Made by a program: the position numbers and the translations under genes. Below are positions 26,877 through 36,834 of a stretch of 64,000 nucleotides of DNA, in pieces; position 1 is the stretch's first letter; each line of letters begins with the position of its first letter. The stretch is taken from contig CAVSQB010000005.1 of assembly GCA_963729895.1 (NCBI GenBank), positions 1 through 64,000 of the forward strand, given 5' to 3'. A model generated the notes under the pieces. It saw nothing but the letters and a program-made list of their open reading frames with translations. It did not search any database and was not told the origin of the DNA. The DNA is from an uncultured Fibrobacterota bacterium (lineage in GTDB: Bacteria; Fibrobacterota; Chitinivibrionia; Chitinivibrionales; FEN-1185).

Positions 26877-27521
26877 TCAAAACCAGAACCCCGTCATCCC
26901 CCGGAAGAAAATGAAGACCCCAAGCGCCACAAGAATGGCTCCGCTCGCGATATTCACGGCAAGGGGAAACTTGCCGATCTTTCTGAACTTTGCGCGGAAG
27001 AACTGCGATGCGTATCCGGCGATCAGCATGGGCACGGCAAATCCGAGAGAATAGACAAGCAGCAGGAAAACACCGGTCCAGATTTTCCCCTGCGTGGCAA
27101 CGAGCCCCAGCACGCCCGAGAGCATCGGCCCGACACAAGGAATCCAGATAATCCCAAGGATGAGACCGAGAAGAAATCCGCCGAGGCGTCCTCTGGTTCT
27201 TCCCCCTAGATTTGATATGAAACTCACCTGTTTGAACAAGTTGACATTAAAGACTAACAGTAATCCGAAAAGGACGATGATCACTGCGGCTGCCTTGTTC
27301 ACATAGAACATTTTCGATCCGATGACCGCGCCAAAGAGGGAAGAAAGCACGCCCATCGTCATGAACGTCATGGCCAAACCGGAAACGATCAGAACCGGCC
27401 GCAGGCGATGATCGTCGGTTGATCCTGTAACCACGATCGGCACCACAGGCAGCACGCAGGGCGAAAGTACGCTGGCGAGTCCTGCGCCGAATACAAGAGC
27501 AATGTTCAGGTTTTCAATCAT
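26877..27521 (-). CDS. ccdA: CcdA/DsbD transmembrane disulfide interchange protein
   Basis: AGLASVLSPCVLP and WIPCVGPML; about six TM segments. Confidence 0.92.
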   Translation of the reverse strand: MIENLNIALVFGAGLASVLSPCVLPVVPIVVTGSTDDHRLRPVLIVSGLAMTFMTMGVLSSLFGAVIGSKMFYVNKAAAVIIVLFGLLLVFNVNLFKQVSFISNLGGRTRGRLGGFLLGLILGIIWIPCVGPMLSGVLGLVATQGKIWTGVFLLLVYSLGFAVPMLIAGYASQFFRAKFRKIGKFPLAVNIASGAILVALGVFIFFRGMTGFWF

Positions 27522-27952
27522 TTCACTTTTTTCCTCAATGCCGCAAGAATGTCTTCCTTGCTATGAATGCCAGGTGTGAATCGTTTCAGCTCCTTCCCGT
27601 TCTTGTCAACGATTATCAGGGAAGGCAGTCCGCGAATTCCATATGTTTCAAATGCGTCCTGGTTCTTGGGGTCGGTTGTTTTTATATAGGTTATCGTCGC
27701 AAGGCCCGCGAGCGAGTCCTTAATGCTCTCAAGGATAGCGTTCTGCATCTGGCAGGGATGTCCGTTTGGGTTCATGAAGAAGAGAATTTCCTTTGCAGGA
27801 GTTCGCTTATTGGCGTTGGCGACGGGGACAGTATCTGTATTCGCCGGACGATTTGTCGAGCCCTTGTCCGCCGCCGTCGCGTGTCCGCCGCCAAATCCTA
27901 GCAAGCCGACCGCCACCCCCACTGCCACCGCGATTCTGAGAAACGTGTTCAT
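27518..27952 (-). CDS. Exported thioredoxin-fold protein (GHPC, single Cys)
   Basis: Signal peptide; NGHPCQMQ; YGIRGLP cis-Pro motif. Confidence 0.8.
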   Translation of the reverse strand: MNTFLRIAVAVGVAVGLLGFGGGHATAADKGSTNRPANTDTVPVANANKRTPAKEILFFMNPNGHPCQMQNAILESIKDSLAGLATITYIKTTDPKNQDAFETYGIRGLPSLIIVDKNGKELKRFTPGIHSKEDILAALRKKVK

Positions 27953-28094
27953 GAAAATCCTCCCGGTTTTGCTTGAGCGGCCAGTCAATCGCCCCTATTG
28001 GGCATGTTTTTACGCATTCTCTACACTCTTGAACTTGTCTTTCTCGTTTGTTGGCACTTTGAACTCATCCTGAACGAGAGCCCTGACACGAAAG

Positions 28095-28259
28095 TTATGC
28101 ATTTATCCCTGAGATGAGCGCTCCCATGATCGCTCCGTACAGAGTGCTGATAAACGGATTGCTTGTGATGGGACACGTGCCACTGGCACAACCGACAAAT
28201 TTGTAATACCCAAATCCCAGAGCCGCGCCTAGTATGATACCGACAATCAATTTGACCAC
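28095..28259 (-). CDS. DUF6132-like small membrane protein
   Basis: GFGYYKFVGCASGTCPITSNP..STLYG; GGAGG SD before GTG 28259. Confidence 0.8.
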   Translation of the reverse strand: MVKLIVGIILGAALGFGYYKFVGCASGTCPITSNPFISTLYGAIMGALISGINA

Positions 28260-28411
28260 CTTTTTCCTCCACGGTACAATCGTTTTGAAAGCTTCAAGCG
28301 GGTTCTTCACTGTGATCATCATCCTTCCTCCGTGTCTCAGCATCTGAAACCCCGTGGCACAGATGCGCCGTAACGCCGCCAAATTCGATTTCGTCAATCA
28401 ACTCTTCTTTC

Positions 28412-30073
28412 TCATGCCCCACTGAGCGTGGTTTGTGTGCTTGCAGACCAGGTCTTGTATCCGCCTGAAAGGTTGCGGGCTCGAAATCCGTTTTCAAGAA
28501 GAATCCGGGTAGCAAGATACCCGCGCAGCCCCACTTGGCAGTACGCCATGATTTCCTTTGTCCTATCAAGTTCGCCCAGCCTTTTCCTCAGGGAATCAAG
28601 AGGAATGCACGAGGAATTTGGAATATTCCCCTGGACGTGTTCTTCCGATGTGCGTACGTCAAGAAATGTCTGGCGGGATGAATCAACCGATGCCACGTCT
28701 TCGCTGTAGAACACAGGCATTCTTTTGTCAAGGATATTCTGACCGACAAAGCCCGCGACGTTCACTGGGTCTTTTGCACTTGAAAACGGCGGGGCATAGG
28801 CGAGTTCGAGATCCCCGAGGTCGTACACGGTAAGACCGTGCCGTATGGCTGTTGCAATCACATCGATGCGCTTGTCCACGCCATCTTTGCCTATTGCCTG
28901 TGCACCCAGCAAAAGCCCGGTATCGGGGGCGAACAGCAGTTTGAGCGATAGGGGGAAAGCCCCGGGATAATAGGAGGCATGATTTGTCGAATGCGTATAC
29001 GATTTCACATACGGGATTCTGAGTTGCTTCGCTGTTCTTTCATTGATGCCGGTGATCGCTGCAGTGAGGTCGAACACTTTGCAGATTGCCGTGCCCAGCG
29101 TCTTCTTGTAAGCAGAAGGAATTCCGGCCACATTATCTGCCGCGATACGTCCCTGGCGGTTTGCCGGGCCCGCAAGGGGTACCATCACCTTCGTACCTGA
29201 CACGAAATCAATTATTTCAACTGCGTCTCCGGCAGCGTAAATATTTGCGTGATTGGTTTGGAGATGATCGTTTACCACGATCGCGCCTCGCTCATTTAGC
29301 TCAATTCCGGAGTCTTTAAGAAAACCGGTGTCGGGCTTAACACCCACCGCCAAGATCACGAGATCCGCCGGCAGGTGTGTTTTGTCGTCAAGGACCACAG
29401 AGGCGGCAGTGATTCCATCATCGATGATGCCAGTGACGGTGCGCCCGAGCATGAGTCGCACGCCGTTGATAATGAGATGCTGGTGCAGGCCGGCTGCCAT
29501 TTCTCTGTCGGCCGGGGCAAAAACTTGGTCAAGAGATTCAACAAGAGAGACTTCCAGCCCACGCTGCCGCAGGTTTTCCGTCATTTCGAGGCCGATAAAC
29601 CCGCCACCTATTACCACTGCGCGTTGCGCATTTCCTTTGTCGATCAACCCCTTGATTGTGTCGGTGTCTGGAATGGTTCGCAAGGTGTGGACACGGGGGG
29701 AATCGATGCCGGGGATGGGTGGCCGCACAGGTGTACATCCCGGCGACAGCAGAAGATAATCGAAAGGTTCGTCGGCAGTTTTGTCCCCGGAGCGGATAAT
29801 CACTTTTTTCCCTGCAGGATCAACCGACAGAACTTCGGAGCGGACCCGCACATCGATGTTGAACCGGTCGCGCAATTTCTGCGGCGTCTGAATGATCAAA
29901 TTATTGCGCTCCTTGATGATTCCACCTACATAATAGGGAAGACCGCAGTTCGCGAAGGAGACGTAATCGCCTTTGTCGAGAATCACGATACTCGCACTCT
30001 CGTCCAGTCTGCGCACCCGCGCTGCAAAACTTGCTCCCCCAGCCACTCCTCCAACAACAACTACCCTCTTCAT
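28412..30073 (-). CDS. CoA-disulfide reductase-rhodanese fusion (CoADR-RHD/Npsr-like)
   Basis: GGVAGGAS, SFANCGLPY, GGGFIGLE, HASYYPGA, ELAYAPPFSSAKDP; C-terminal rhodanese YCQVGLRG. Confidence 0.93.
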   Translation of the reverse strand: MKRVVVVGGVAGGASFAARVRRLDESASIVILDKGDYVSFANCGLPYYVGGIIKERNNLIIQTPQKLRDRFNIDVRVRSEVLSVDPAGKKVIIRSGDKTADEPFDYLLLSPGCTPVRPPIPGIDSPRVHTLRTIPDTDTIKGLIDKGNAQRAVVIGGGFIGLEMTENLRQRGLEVSLVESLDQVFAPADREMAAGLHQHLIINGVRLMLGRTVTGIIDDGITAASVVLDDKTHLPADLVILAVGVKPDTGFLKDSGIELNERGAIVVNDHLQTNHANIYAAGDAVEIIDFVSGTKVMVPLAGPANRQGRIAADNVAGIPSAYKKTLGTAICKVFDLTAAITGINERTAKQLRIPYVKSYTHSTNHASYYPGAFPLSLKLLFAPDTGLLLGAQAIGKDGVDKRIDVIATAIRHGLTVYDLGDLELAYAPPFSSAKDPVNVAGFVGQNILDKRMPVFYSEDVASVDSSRQTFLDVRTSEEHVQGNIPNSSCIPLDSLRKRLGELDRTKEIMAYCQVGLRGYLATRILLENGFRARNLSGGYKTWSASTQTTLSGA

Positions 30074-30134
30074 GGAGTTTCTCCCGAGTGGCCAGGTTTC
30101 ATCTGTGACGTCCCGGCCACGGTGGTGATTCTTG

Positions 30135-30347
30135 TCAGTTTTTTGCGGGAACTTTACATGTGGACAAACCAGACAGCGCATACAATGCGCAGAATCCGAC
30201 CAGCCCCGTAAGCAAAACAACTCCCCCGGCTATACCGATTGCTATGGCTGCGGCACCGGTCACCACTTTGAAGGCGACCAAAGACCCCAAGGCAAGCCCG
30301 AGAACAACTCTGATGATTCTGTCTACCGAAGATTCGTTCGTTTTCAT
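30135..30347 (-). CDS. DUF2892 (YgaP-like) membrane protein
   Basis: NESSVDRIIR...TGLVGFCALYALSGLST. Confidence 0.9.
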   Translation of the reverse strand: MKTNESSVDRIIRVVLGLALGSLVAFKVVTGAAAIAIGIAGGVVLLTGLVGFCALYALSGLSTCKVPAKN

Positions 30348-30412
30348 AAGGTCCTCCATTGATAAGGTGGATGAAAAGAATCTCTGCGGTAATACCTATT
30401 GTAAAGGTTTGC

Positions 30413-30727
30413 CTAGTTCACCCCAAGGGCATTCAGATACACAAATTCTTGTTGAACGCCGACAAGCGTCTTCTCCAGAATGCCGTTTCTGAAAACAAGG
30501 ACGGTTGGAATTCCGGTTATACCGTACTGAGATGATGTTTGCGGATTGTCGTCCACATTCATCTTATAGACTTTCGCCTTTGGGCCTGCCTTTTCTTCAA
30601 CGCGATCGATGATGGGGCCTGCTATTCTGCACGGTCCGCACCATGGTGCCCAGAAATCCACGAGAACCGGAATCCGTGAATCAAGAACATCTGATTTGAA
30701 ATTCAGGTCAGTTGTTTCGTTTGCCAT
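30413..30727 (-). CDS. trxA: Thioredoxin
   Basis: VDFWAPWCGPC and YGITGIPT. Confidence 0.95.
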   Translation of the reverse strand: MANETTDLNFKSDVLDSRIPVLVDFWAPWCGPCRIAGPIIDRVEEKAGPKAKVYKMNVDDNPQTSSQYGITGIPTVLVFRNGILEKTLVGVQQEFVYLNALGVN

Positions 30728-30774
30728 CTTTGACTCCAATTACAAGACTGGTTTTCAACTGAGCTAATGGATAA

Positions 30775-30791
30775 CGCAACAGGCATGCCAA
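30775..30791 (-). promoter_or_regulatory. Sigma54 -24/-12 promoter for the redox operon
   Basis: TTGGCATGCCTGTTGCG (GG-N10-GC) about 50 bp upstream of trxA. Confidence 0.85.
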
Positions 30792-30891
30792 TAGAGGAAT
30801 ATTATCAATAATTATTTGTATCTGATTGATATTAGGCGAATAATGTAATAGTTGTCTTTGGCTTCTTTGAAAAAGAAGTGAAATAGATTAT

Positions 30892-30934
30892 ATTGCAAAT
30901 GTTGCAATGAAGCAGAGCGATGTTGCAAGCAACA
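30892..30934. promoter_or_regulatory. Putative enhancer (UAS) palindromes for the bEBP
   Basis: ATTGCAA-ATG-TTGCAAT and TGTTGC-AA-GCAACA, 100-145 bp upstream of the sigma54 site, separated from it by an AT-rich spacer. Confidence 0.6.
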
Positions 30935-30971
30935 AAGCTGTCTGTTTCTGCAACAACTGAAAGGAAAGACC

Positions 30972-32384
30972 ATGGTATGCTTTGATTCTGAAAAGGGTTT
31001 GTCCAAAGATTGCTTCGAGACCATCCTTCAGACAATGGCCGAGGGAATTTTTATCATCGACACATCCGGAGTCATCAGATTCTGTAACAAAGGTCTCGAA
31101 AGAATGTCGGGGCTCCCTTCATCCTCGATCGTGGGAAAGCGGTGTCGCGACATTATGATGTGTGCCTGCGATTCAATGACAGAGTGCGGTCTGTTGACAG
31201 GATCTCAGGTCAACAATATTGAATGTCAACTGAAGTACCTGGATGGAACTCGGGTGCCGGTTTTGAAGAACGGTCGGGCGATGAAAGATCCTGGCGGCGT
31301 GATCATAGGCGCGGTTGAAACTCTTACGGATATTTCCGCGCTAAAGCAGGCAGAGCGAAAAAATGCCGTGCTTGAAGAACAGGTGGAGCGTGAGGGTGGC
31401 AGGTTCCATTTGCTCGTAGGAAAAAGCAAACCCATACAGGACGTGTTCGAACTTATCGAACTCGCTGCAGCATCAAACTCAAACGTACTCATCACTGGCG
31501 AAACAGGGACAGGCAAGGAGCTTGCAGCACGCACAATCCACGATCGCAGCGGCCGAAATGCCGGACCCATGGTTAAGGTTAATTGCTCAGCCCTCACGGA
31601 ATCGCTCCTCGAAAGCGAGTTGTTCGGCCATGCAAAGGGTGCGTTCACAGGTGCAATAAAGGACAAAATAGGCAGGTTCGAGTTGGCGGACGGAGGTACC
31701 TTGTTTCTCGATGAAATCGGCGATGTCTCACCCTACATACAGGTAAAGCTCCTGCGCTTTTTTCAGGAGCGAGAGTTTGAGCGCGTTGGTGAGAGCGTTA
31801 CCCGTAAAGCCGACGTTCGTATCATTTCGGCTACGAACAAAGACCTGCGTGACTTGGTTAAAATAGGCAGCTTTCGAGAAGACCTGTTCTATCGGCTCAA
31901 GGTTTTTCCGGTTCATATGCCTCCCTTGCGCGAACGCAAAGAAGATGTAGGACTTCTTATCAATCATTTTATGGAAAAATTCAACAAGCAGACCGGCAAG
32001 GCCATAACGGGCCTTACCTCCGAAGCTGCGCTCACAATGATGGACTACTTTTGGCCGGGCAATATCCGCGAATTGGAAAATGCAATCGAGCACGCTTTTG
32101 TCACCTGCCGTGAAAAAGAAATCGGGATCTTCGACTTGCCTCTGGAAATCCGTCGCGTTGAGTTGCGGTCGACCACCTGTCTTCCCTCTGACAAAAGCTT
32201 GGCGCAGAGTGGACAGTCAAATAGAAGAAAGAGAGAAATCACAAGAGTATCACTTGCCGCTGCGCTTACGAAAAACGATGGCAGCCGGGCAGATGCGGCG
32301 AGGGATCTGGGCATCGACCGAACGACGCTATGGCGCTACATGAAACGATGGGGAATCAGCGACCGACAGAAAGAGCGTCCTTGA
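30972..32384 (+). CDS. PAS-domain sigma54-dependent transcriptional activator (Fis HTH)
   Basis: [52 protein letters not shown]-terminal HTH. Confidence 0.96.
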   Translation: MVCFDSEKGLSKDCFETILQTMAEGIFIIDTSGVIRFCNKGLERMSGLPSSSIVGKRCRDIMMCACDSMTECGLLTGSQVNNIECQLKYLDGTRVPVLKNGRAMKDPGGVIIGAVETLTDISALKQAERKNAVLEEQVEREGGRFHLLVGKSKPIQDVFELIELAAASNSNVLITGETGTGKELAARTIHDRSGRNAGPMVKVNCSALTESLLESELFGHAKGAFTGAIKDKIGRFELADGGTLFLDEIGDVSPYIQVKLLRFFQEREFERVGESVTRKADVRIISATNKDLRDLVKIGSFREDLFYRLKVFPVHMPPLRERKEDVGLLINHFMEKFNKQTGKAITGLTSEAALTMMDYFWPGNIRELENAIEHAFVTCREKEIGIFDLPLEIRRVELRSTTCLPSDKSLAQSGQSNRRKREITRVSLAAALTKNDGSRADAARDLGIDRTTLWRYMKRWGISDRQKERP

Positions 32385-32423
32385 GGACTGATTTGCAGAA
32401 GGCGCGTACTTATCGCGGTCTAG

Positions 32424-33735
32424 CAGGTTGTTGAAATAGTCCTAACAGAAGCGCTCTTGTTGATTTTTTATGAACCTAACTTCAACTTTACATATGTCAG
32501 AGAGGTTTTACCTGCCTCGTTCCGAGGCATTTCCCCGGATTCCCAGGCCATTCTCATGCTGCCCCCACCGTTTGCGGCATCAACTTAACCATGCGTATCA
32601 AGTTGTACGCTGCGGCAACCACGTAGGCAACAGTCTGGTTGATTCGTATTCCTCTTACCCGAGTTTTCCGCAGGCCACCGACGCTCTTGATCCACCCAAA
32701 TATCTCTTCAACCCGTTTTCGTTTCCGTTGACTTACGCTGTATCCCTTATGCCGAGTCGTTCTTCCATCCAACCCTTTAAGCGAAGTGTTGGCCTTCTCG
32801 GCAATGTGAGGCTTCACGTGCAGGCGTCGCAGGCTCTTGATAAATTCGGTTGCATGATACCCTTTGTCTGCACCCACCGTCTTCATCCGGCGTTTTCCGC
32901 GCCTGCGTTCATGCTTTATCAGCTCAAGCGCCATATCCCGTTCCGCTGTCCCCGTCGCTGGCGCAATGGCGATATCAACACACAACCCATTTCGGTTTTC
33001 CATCAGCACGTGACCGGAATACGCCAGCTGCGCTCCCGTTCTCTTGTTCTTCCGAGCCAACCGCGCCTCTGGATCGGTCGAACTCTGATGTGTCTCATTG
33101 CTTCGCTTCTCATGGTGGAAATCAACCGACGGATTACTCCGATCATCGTCAGTCTTGTTCGCCGATTCCGCGTCTTTTCGCTTGAAGCTCTTCATCGATG
33201 CCCAGGCTTCAATCAACGTGCCGTCAACCGTGAAATGCTCATCGGACAACAACTCTTCGGAACGAGCAAGACGCACGATTTCCTGCATCAGCCGGTGCGC
33301 AATCTCCTGTTCCATAAGTCGATCTCGGTTCTTCGAAAACACACTATGATCAAACGATGCCGCATCCAGATCCATGTCAAGAAACCATCGGAACAGAATG
33401 TTATAGTCCAGCATCTCGCAAAACAACCGGTCCGACCGTATCGAAAACAAAGCCATCAATATCTGTGCTTTCAAAAGCCATTCCGGCGGTATCGAAGGGC
33501 GTCCCATCCGGCTGTACATCGCCTCAAAGTCACGAGAAAGGCGGCGCAGCGCTATGTCCGTAAACTGTTTGACACGACGAAGCGGGTGTGTTGCCGGCAC
33601 TCGGGAATCCGGAGAAACGAAGCTGAACATACCGCCTTGGGCTGGCTGGGAACCTCTCATCAATACTCCTTGGTTGGGGTTCCCCTATAATATAAGGATA
33701 AATGTTTACAAAAGGGAGACTTTTTCAACACCCTG
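32424..33735 (-). mobile_element. IS5-family insertion sequence, copy 2 (complete, 1312 bp)
   Basis: TIRs CAGGTTGTTGAAATAGTC / GACTTTTTCAACACCCTG; CTAG duplicated at 32420-32423 and 33736-33739. Confidence 0.97.
32554..33663 (-). CDS. IS5 family transposase
   Basis: Same as 70-1179 except EARLARK versus EALLARK. Confidence 0.95.
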   Translation of the reverse strand: MMRGSQPAQGGMFSFVSPDSRVPATHPLRRVKQFTDIALRRLSRDFEAMYSRMGRPSIPPEWLLKAQILMALFSIRSDRLFCEMLDYNILFRWFLDMDLDAASFDHSVFSKNRDRLMEQEIAHRLMQEIVRLARSEELLSDEHFTVDGTLIEAWASMKSFKRKDAESANKTDDDRSNPSVDFHHEKRSNETHQSSTDPEARLARKNKRTGAQLAYSGHVLMENRNGLCVDIAIAPATGTAERDMALELIKHERRRGKRRMKTVGADKGYHATEFIKSLRRLHVKPHIAEKANTSLKGLDGRTTRHKGYSVSQRKRKRVEEIFGWIKSVGGLRKTRVRGIRINQTVAYVVAAAYNLIRMVKLMPQTVGAA

Positions 33736-33929
33736 CTAGAGAAAAAGAGTAAGATATTTTCTCAAAGGTCAAGCTCGTTAGAGAGGACTAATTCTCCGTT
33801 CCATGTGCCATGTTTCCGATTTGCTAAATAACCCGCAAAGCCTTATATCCTTAAACGCGGAAATCTGCGAGGGGGCAAACGCAGAAGAGGCGCAATTTTA
33901 TGGGTAGAAACAAAATTTTCTCTGGTACC

Positions 33930-34190
33930 ATGCCGCGGCGCTGCTTTGTCCAGGTTGCCGCGTCCGCCCTTGTGCTGCCTTTTCTGCAACGCTGTTCATC
34001 GGCGGATACTTCCCAACGGCGCTCTGAGCGTAGGTTCCGTTTCATTTTCAGCAACGACCCCCATCCAGGCCATATTATCCGCTTATCGGCAATCATGACA
34101 TCACCCCGGCATGTCGACAATACTTTGCTTAAGCAGATCAAGAGACCTGATTGGCATGGATGGGAAGAAGGAAAGCCTCAAGGTAATTGA
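33930..34190 (+). pseudogene. Truncated metallophosphoesterase (paralog of 59853-60680)
   Basis: RSERRFRFIFSNDPH matches RSERRFRFIFCNDIH; ends before the GD/GNHD motifs. Confidence 0.7.
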
Positions 34191-34430
34191 CATGTCGGTG
34201 CAGGGCAATGGCTCCCGGCGGAAAGGGTCTTGTCGAACACGCGCATGATTTTTCCTCCTGGGCAGTCAAACATGGCGATCTTCGTTTTGCCCGCATTGGG
34301 AACGGAAAACCTTACGGTTCCGCGGTCTATTGACAGATTAGATTGAACTCCCGCGGAAGTTCCTGACGCAGGCTGCCGGACTCCCGCGGGGGAATGCCGC
34401 GGCGTCAATCGCCGGGTATCGAAATAAACT
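34178..34430 (-). pseudogene. Orphan degenerate T9SS/FlgD-like C-terminal domain remnant
   Basis: TVRFSVPNAGKTKIAMFDCPGGKIMRVFDKTLSAGSH resembles the CTD-like domains elsewhere in the window; no credible start. Confidence 0.5.
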
Positions 34431-34561
34431 TGACACTCTAGCCCGAGCAGCGTAGTTTTATTATGAAAGCCTTTTGAGCTTCCGTCAATTTCAACTGAAA
34501 ATGGGACGTTCTTTGGGGAATGCGCGAATTCACCTTTACCATCGCGGGAGTGTGTACACCC

Positions 34562-36007
34562 ATGCGTAATTATTTTTGTTGCACTCTTATCGGCCTCTAC
34601 GTAATTCTTATCATGGCTCCACAAATCATTCATGCCCAGTCGTGCCCTCCGTTTACTCACAAAACGACAATCACCGGTGTTCGCGATTCGTTGCCCGACG
34701 GGTGGTTTGTTTTCGGATTGAGCGGTCAAACCGGCCTTAATTATTGCAAAACCAGATCAGGAACGCCGGCAATTATTAATAATACGAATACCGATTCGAT
34801 ATCCGATGTCGATATATCCGATGATGGACTGTGGATCCTGTATTTGAATAAGCAGTCTACCGCATATCTGATAAAACCAGACGGCACCGGCAAGACGTCC
34901 CTGTCGTTGGGGAGTGGAATTACCTATGCGCAATTCCATCACCATTATTCCCCTGCTGAAATTGTGTATATTGCCGATCAGGGTCGTGTTTGCAGGGTCG
35001 GGTACCATTTTGGTGTTCTCGGAAATGCAATTTTCGATAGCACGAAGGTTATTGTTGATTTTCGAACCGATACGACAAAAGCCAGCACGGATTTAAGCGC
35101 GGTGATGGTGAATTACAGCCAGTTCTCGATTTGCAAGAACGAATTTGTGTGCACTTTGGAGCTACCAATTCCCCCCGACACTATGAATCCTCCTCTCGGG
35201 GATCCTCCTCTCGGCACCGATGATCGAACCAGCTATGTCACCATCCCGAACCAGGGCGCGGGGATCGCACGGGGCAAAAATATTTACAAATACCTCACTA
35301 CTGATTCTTCCGCGTGGTATGGATGCGGGATTACTGTTTCGAATGATGGTGCGCGGGTCTTGGCCAATTCAAATGCCTTTGGCGGAACTTCCGGTTGTGT
35401 CCCTAATCAGCTGCTTAATCCCCCCATGGATCATAAGGGATTTTACGTAACCTGTTTCATGTACGACACGATGCCCTCGATGCCGCGCGATTCGGTTGTT
35501 CTGAGCACGAACTATGGCATCAGTATCAACTGGTGCCCGACGCAATATAGAATCGGAACATATCGGCAACTGGGTTTCAGCGCGTGGTCATTCTCGAATA
35601 ATAACGACTGGGTCGTTGGTGAGCAGGAAGGGACTAATACGCCCGTGAAGGGTGTGTGGGTTGTCAATATTCCGACTAATACATGGACCCTGGCATATAC
35701 GGCATCGAGCACGGTCCTGGCTCCGGCAATGTTTTTGCCTGAGACGACGACAAGCGTCGAGCAAGGGATGCGGACTTTGCATTCTTCGGACGTTCCATTA
35801 CGATCGAATGTCCTAAAAGTCCCGGGCGTATCTTCGCGTATCACATTGGAACCATCAGTGTACCGCTGCGACCTTTATTCGCTCTCAGGCAAACATTTGT
35901 GGACCTATTCGCGTGCTGACGCAAGCAAACGTTCAAATGTGGAGATTCCGCGCTTTTTACGCACAAATAATGCGGTCATTGTTGACTATATCACAAAGGC
36001 CCGATGA
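34562..36007 (+). CDS. Secreted TolB/beta-propeller-like protein with T9SS-like CTD
   Basis: Signal peptide; DISDDGLW and VSNDG repeats; C-terminal DLYSLSGKHLW. Confidence 0.7.
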   Translation: MRNYFCCTLIGLYVILIMAPQIIHAQSCPPFTHKTTITGVRDSLPDGWFVFGLSGQTGLNYCKTRSGTPAIINNTNTDSISDVDISDDGLWILYLNKQSTAYLIKPDGTGKTSLSLGSGITYAQFHHHYSPAEIVYIADQGRVCRVGYHFGVLGNAIFDSTKVIVDFRTDTTKASTDLSAVMVNYSQFSICKNEFVCTLELPIPPDTMNPPLGDPPLGTDDRTSYVTIPNQGAGIARGKNIYKYLTTDSSAWYGCGITVSNDGARVLANSNAFGGTSGCVPNQLLNPPMDHKGFYVTCFMYDTMPSMPRDSVVLSTNYGISINWCPTQYRIGTYRQLGFSAWSFSNNNDWVVGEQEGTNTPVKGVWVVNIPTNTWTLAYTASSTVLAPAMFLPETTTSVEQGMRTLHSSDVPLRSNVLKVPGVSSRITLEPSVYRCDLYSLSGKHLWTYSRADASKRSNVEIPRFLRTNNAVIVDYITKAR

Positions 36008-36010
36008 ATG

Positions 36011-36027
36011 CCGGCACGGTGATTGCG
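36011..36027 (+). promoter_or_regulatory. Candidate sigma54 promoter
   Basis: CCGGCACGGTGATTGCG (GG-N10-GC) about 60 bp before 36090. Confidence 0.6.
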
Positions 36028-36089
36028 CGCGCTGGGGCATTCATCAAATAGTGCGAACTGAAAACATTTAACAGGCATAGGTTGGATCA

Positions 36090-36785
36090 TTGAAAAAGAC
36101 AACAATCTTCCGGGTTATGGTGGCGGGGCTTTTGGCGCAATTTTTCTGCTCTCCTACCTCAACACACAATTCTCCCGGACAGAATCCTCCCGGCAGGGTC
36201 GCGTCCATCAGCGTAAGCGATTCTATAACCTCGCCGTTTCCATCTCTCATTTTTTCCAAATCACTTGGTGCACAGATTTATATCATTGAACGGCGACTTT
36301 CTTCGGATAATGCTTTTGATTCCATAGGCGAGACGGCGGATTCCAGTTATATCGATTTTGATACAAGTTTACTTCCTGAGACCACTTATTATTATAAAAT
36401 CAAAGCGCATAATCTGGATGGTGACAGTGTCTCCGACTCGGTATCGGTGCATACCCCGATGTATATGATCCTTTCGCCCAGGCAGGGGGAGGTGTTTAAG
36501 ATCAACGATACCATGCGTGTGTTGATAAAAACCGCAGATCCTACCGCTGTAGGGGGGATAGAATTTGGCGAAGGATTGAATGAATTCTCTCCGCCGGGTG
36601 TTGCAGGAACTTTCCACATGTATCCGTCACAGGTCTTGAAGTTTGCCGTTCCGGCAACTTTCTTTCCCTTCGGTTCCACTGTACCAATGTCGACGGTATC
36701 CGATTCCTGTTATCTGCTCATATTTGATTATGCCACTTTAGATACGTACGCGTATTCTTATGGATATTTTCAAGTCACCAATTAA
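36090..36785 (+). CDS. Fibronectin type III-like lipoprotein
   Basis: Lipoprotein-like AQFFC; LLPETTYYYKIKAHN FN3 signature. Confidence 0.7.
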   Translation: MKKTTIFRVMVAGLLAQFFCSPTSTHNSPGQNPPGRVASISVSDSITSPFPSLIFSKSLGAQIYIIERRLSSDNAFDSIGETADSSYIDFDTSLLPETTYYYKIKAHNLDGDSVSDSVSVHTPMYMILSPRQGEVFKINDTMRVLIKTADPTAVGGIEFGEGLNEFSPPGVAGTFHMYPSQVLKFAVPATFFPFGSTVPMSTVSDSCYLLIFDYATLDTYAYSYGYFQVTN

Positions 36786-36834
36786 CGTAGTTACCGGGTT
36801 GCTCATGAACAGGTGATCGAGGAAACGATACCGT

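Noticed and set aside
33870..33910. c-di-GMP-I (GEMM) riboswitch-like GGCAAAC...GGCGCAA
   Set aside because: No P2 stem with a GNRA loop and no downstream P3 elements
35187..35214. 15-bp tandem duplication encoding PPLGD-PPLG
   Set aside because: Simple in-frame slippage in a loop; no wider pattern
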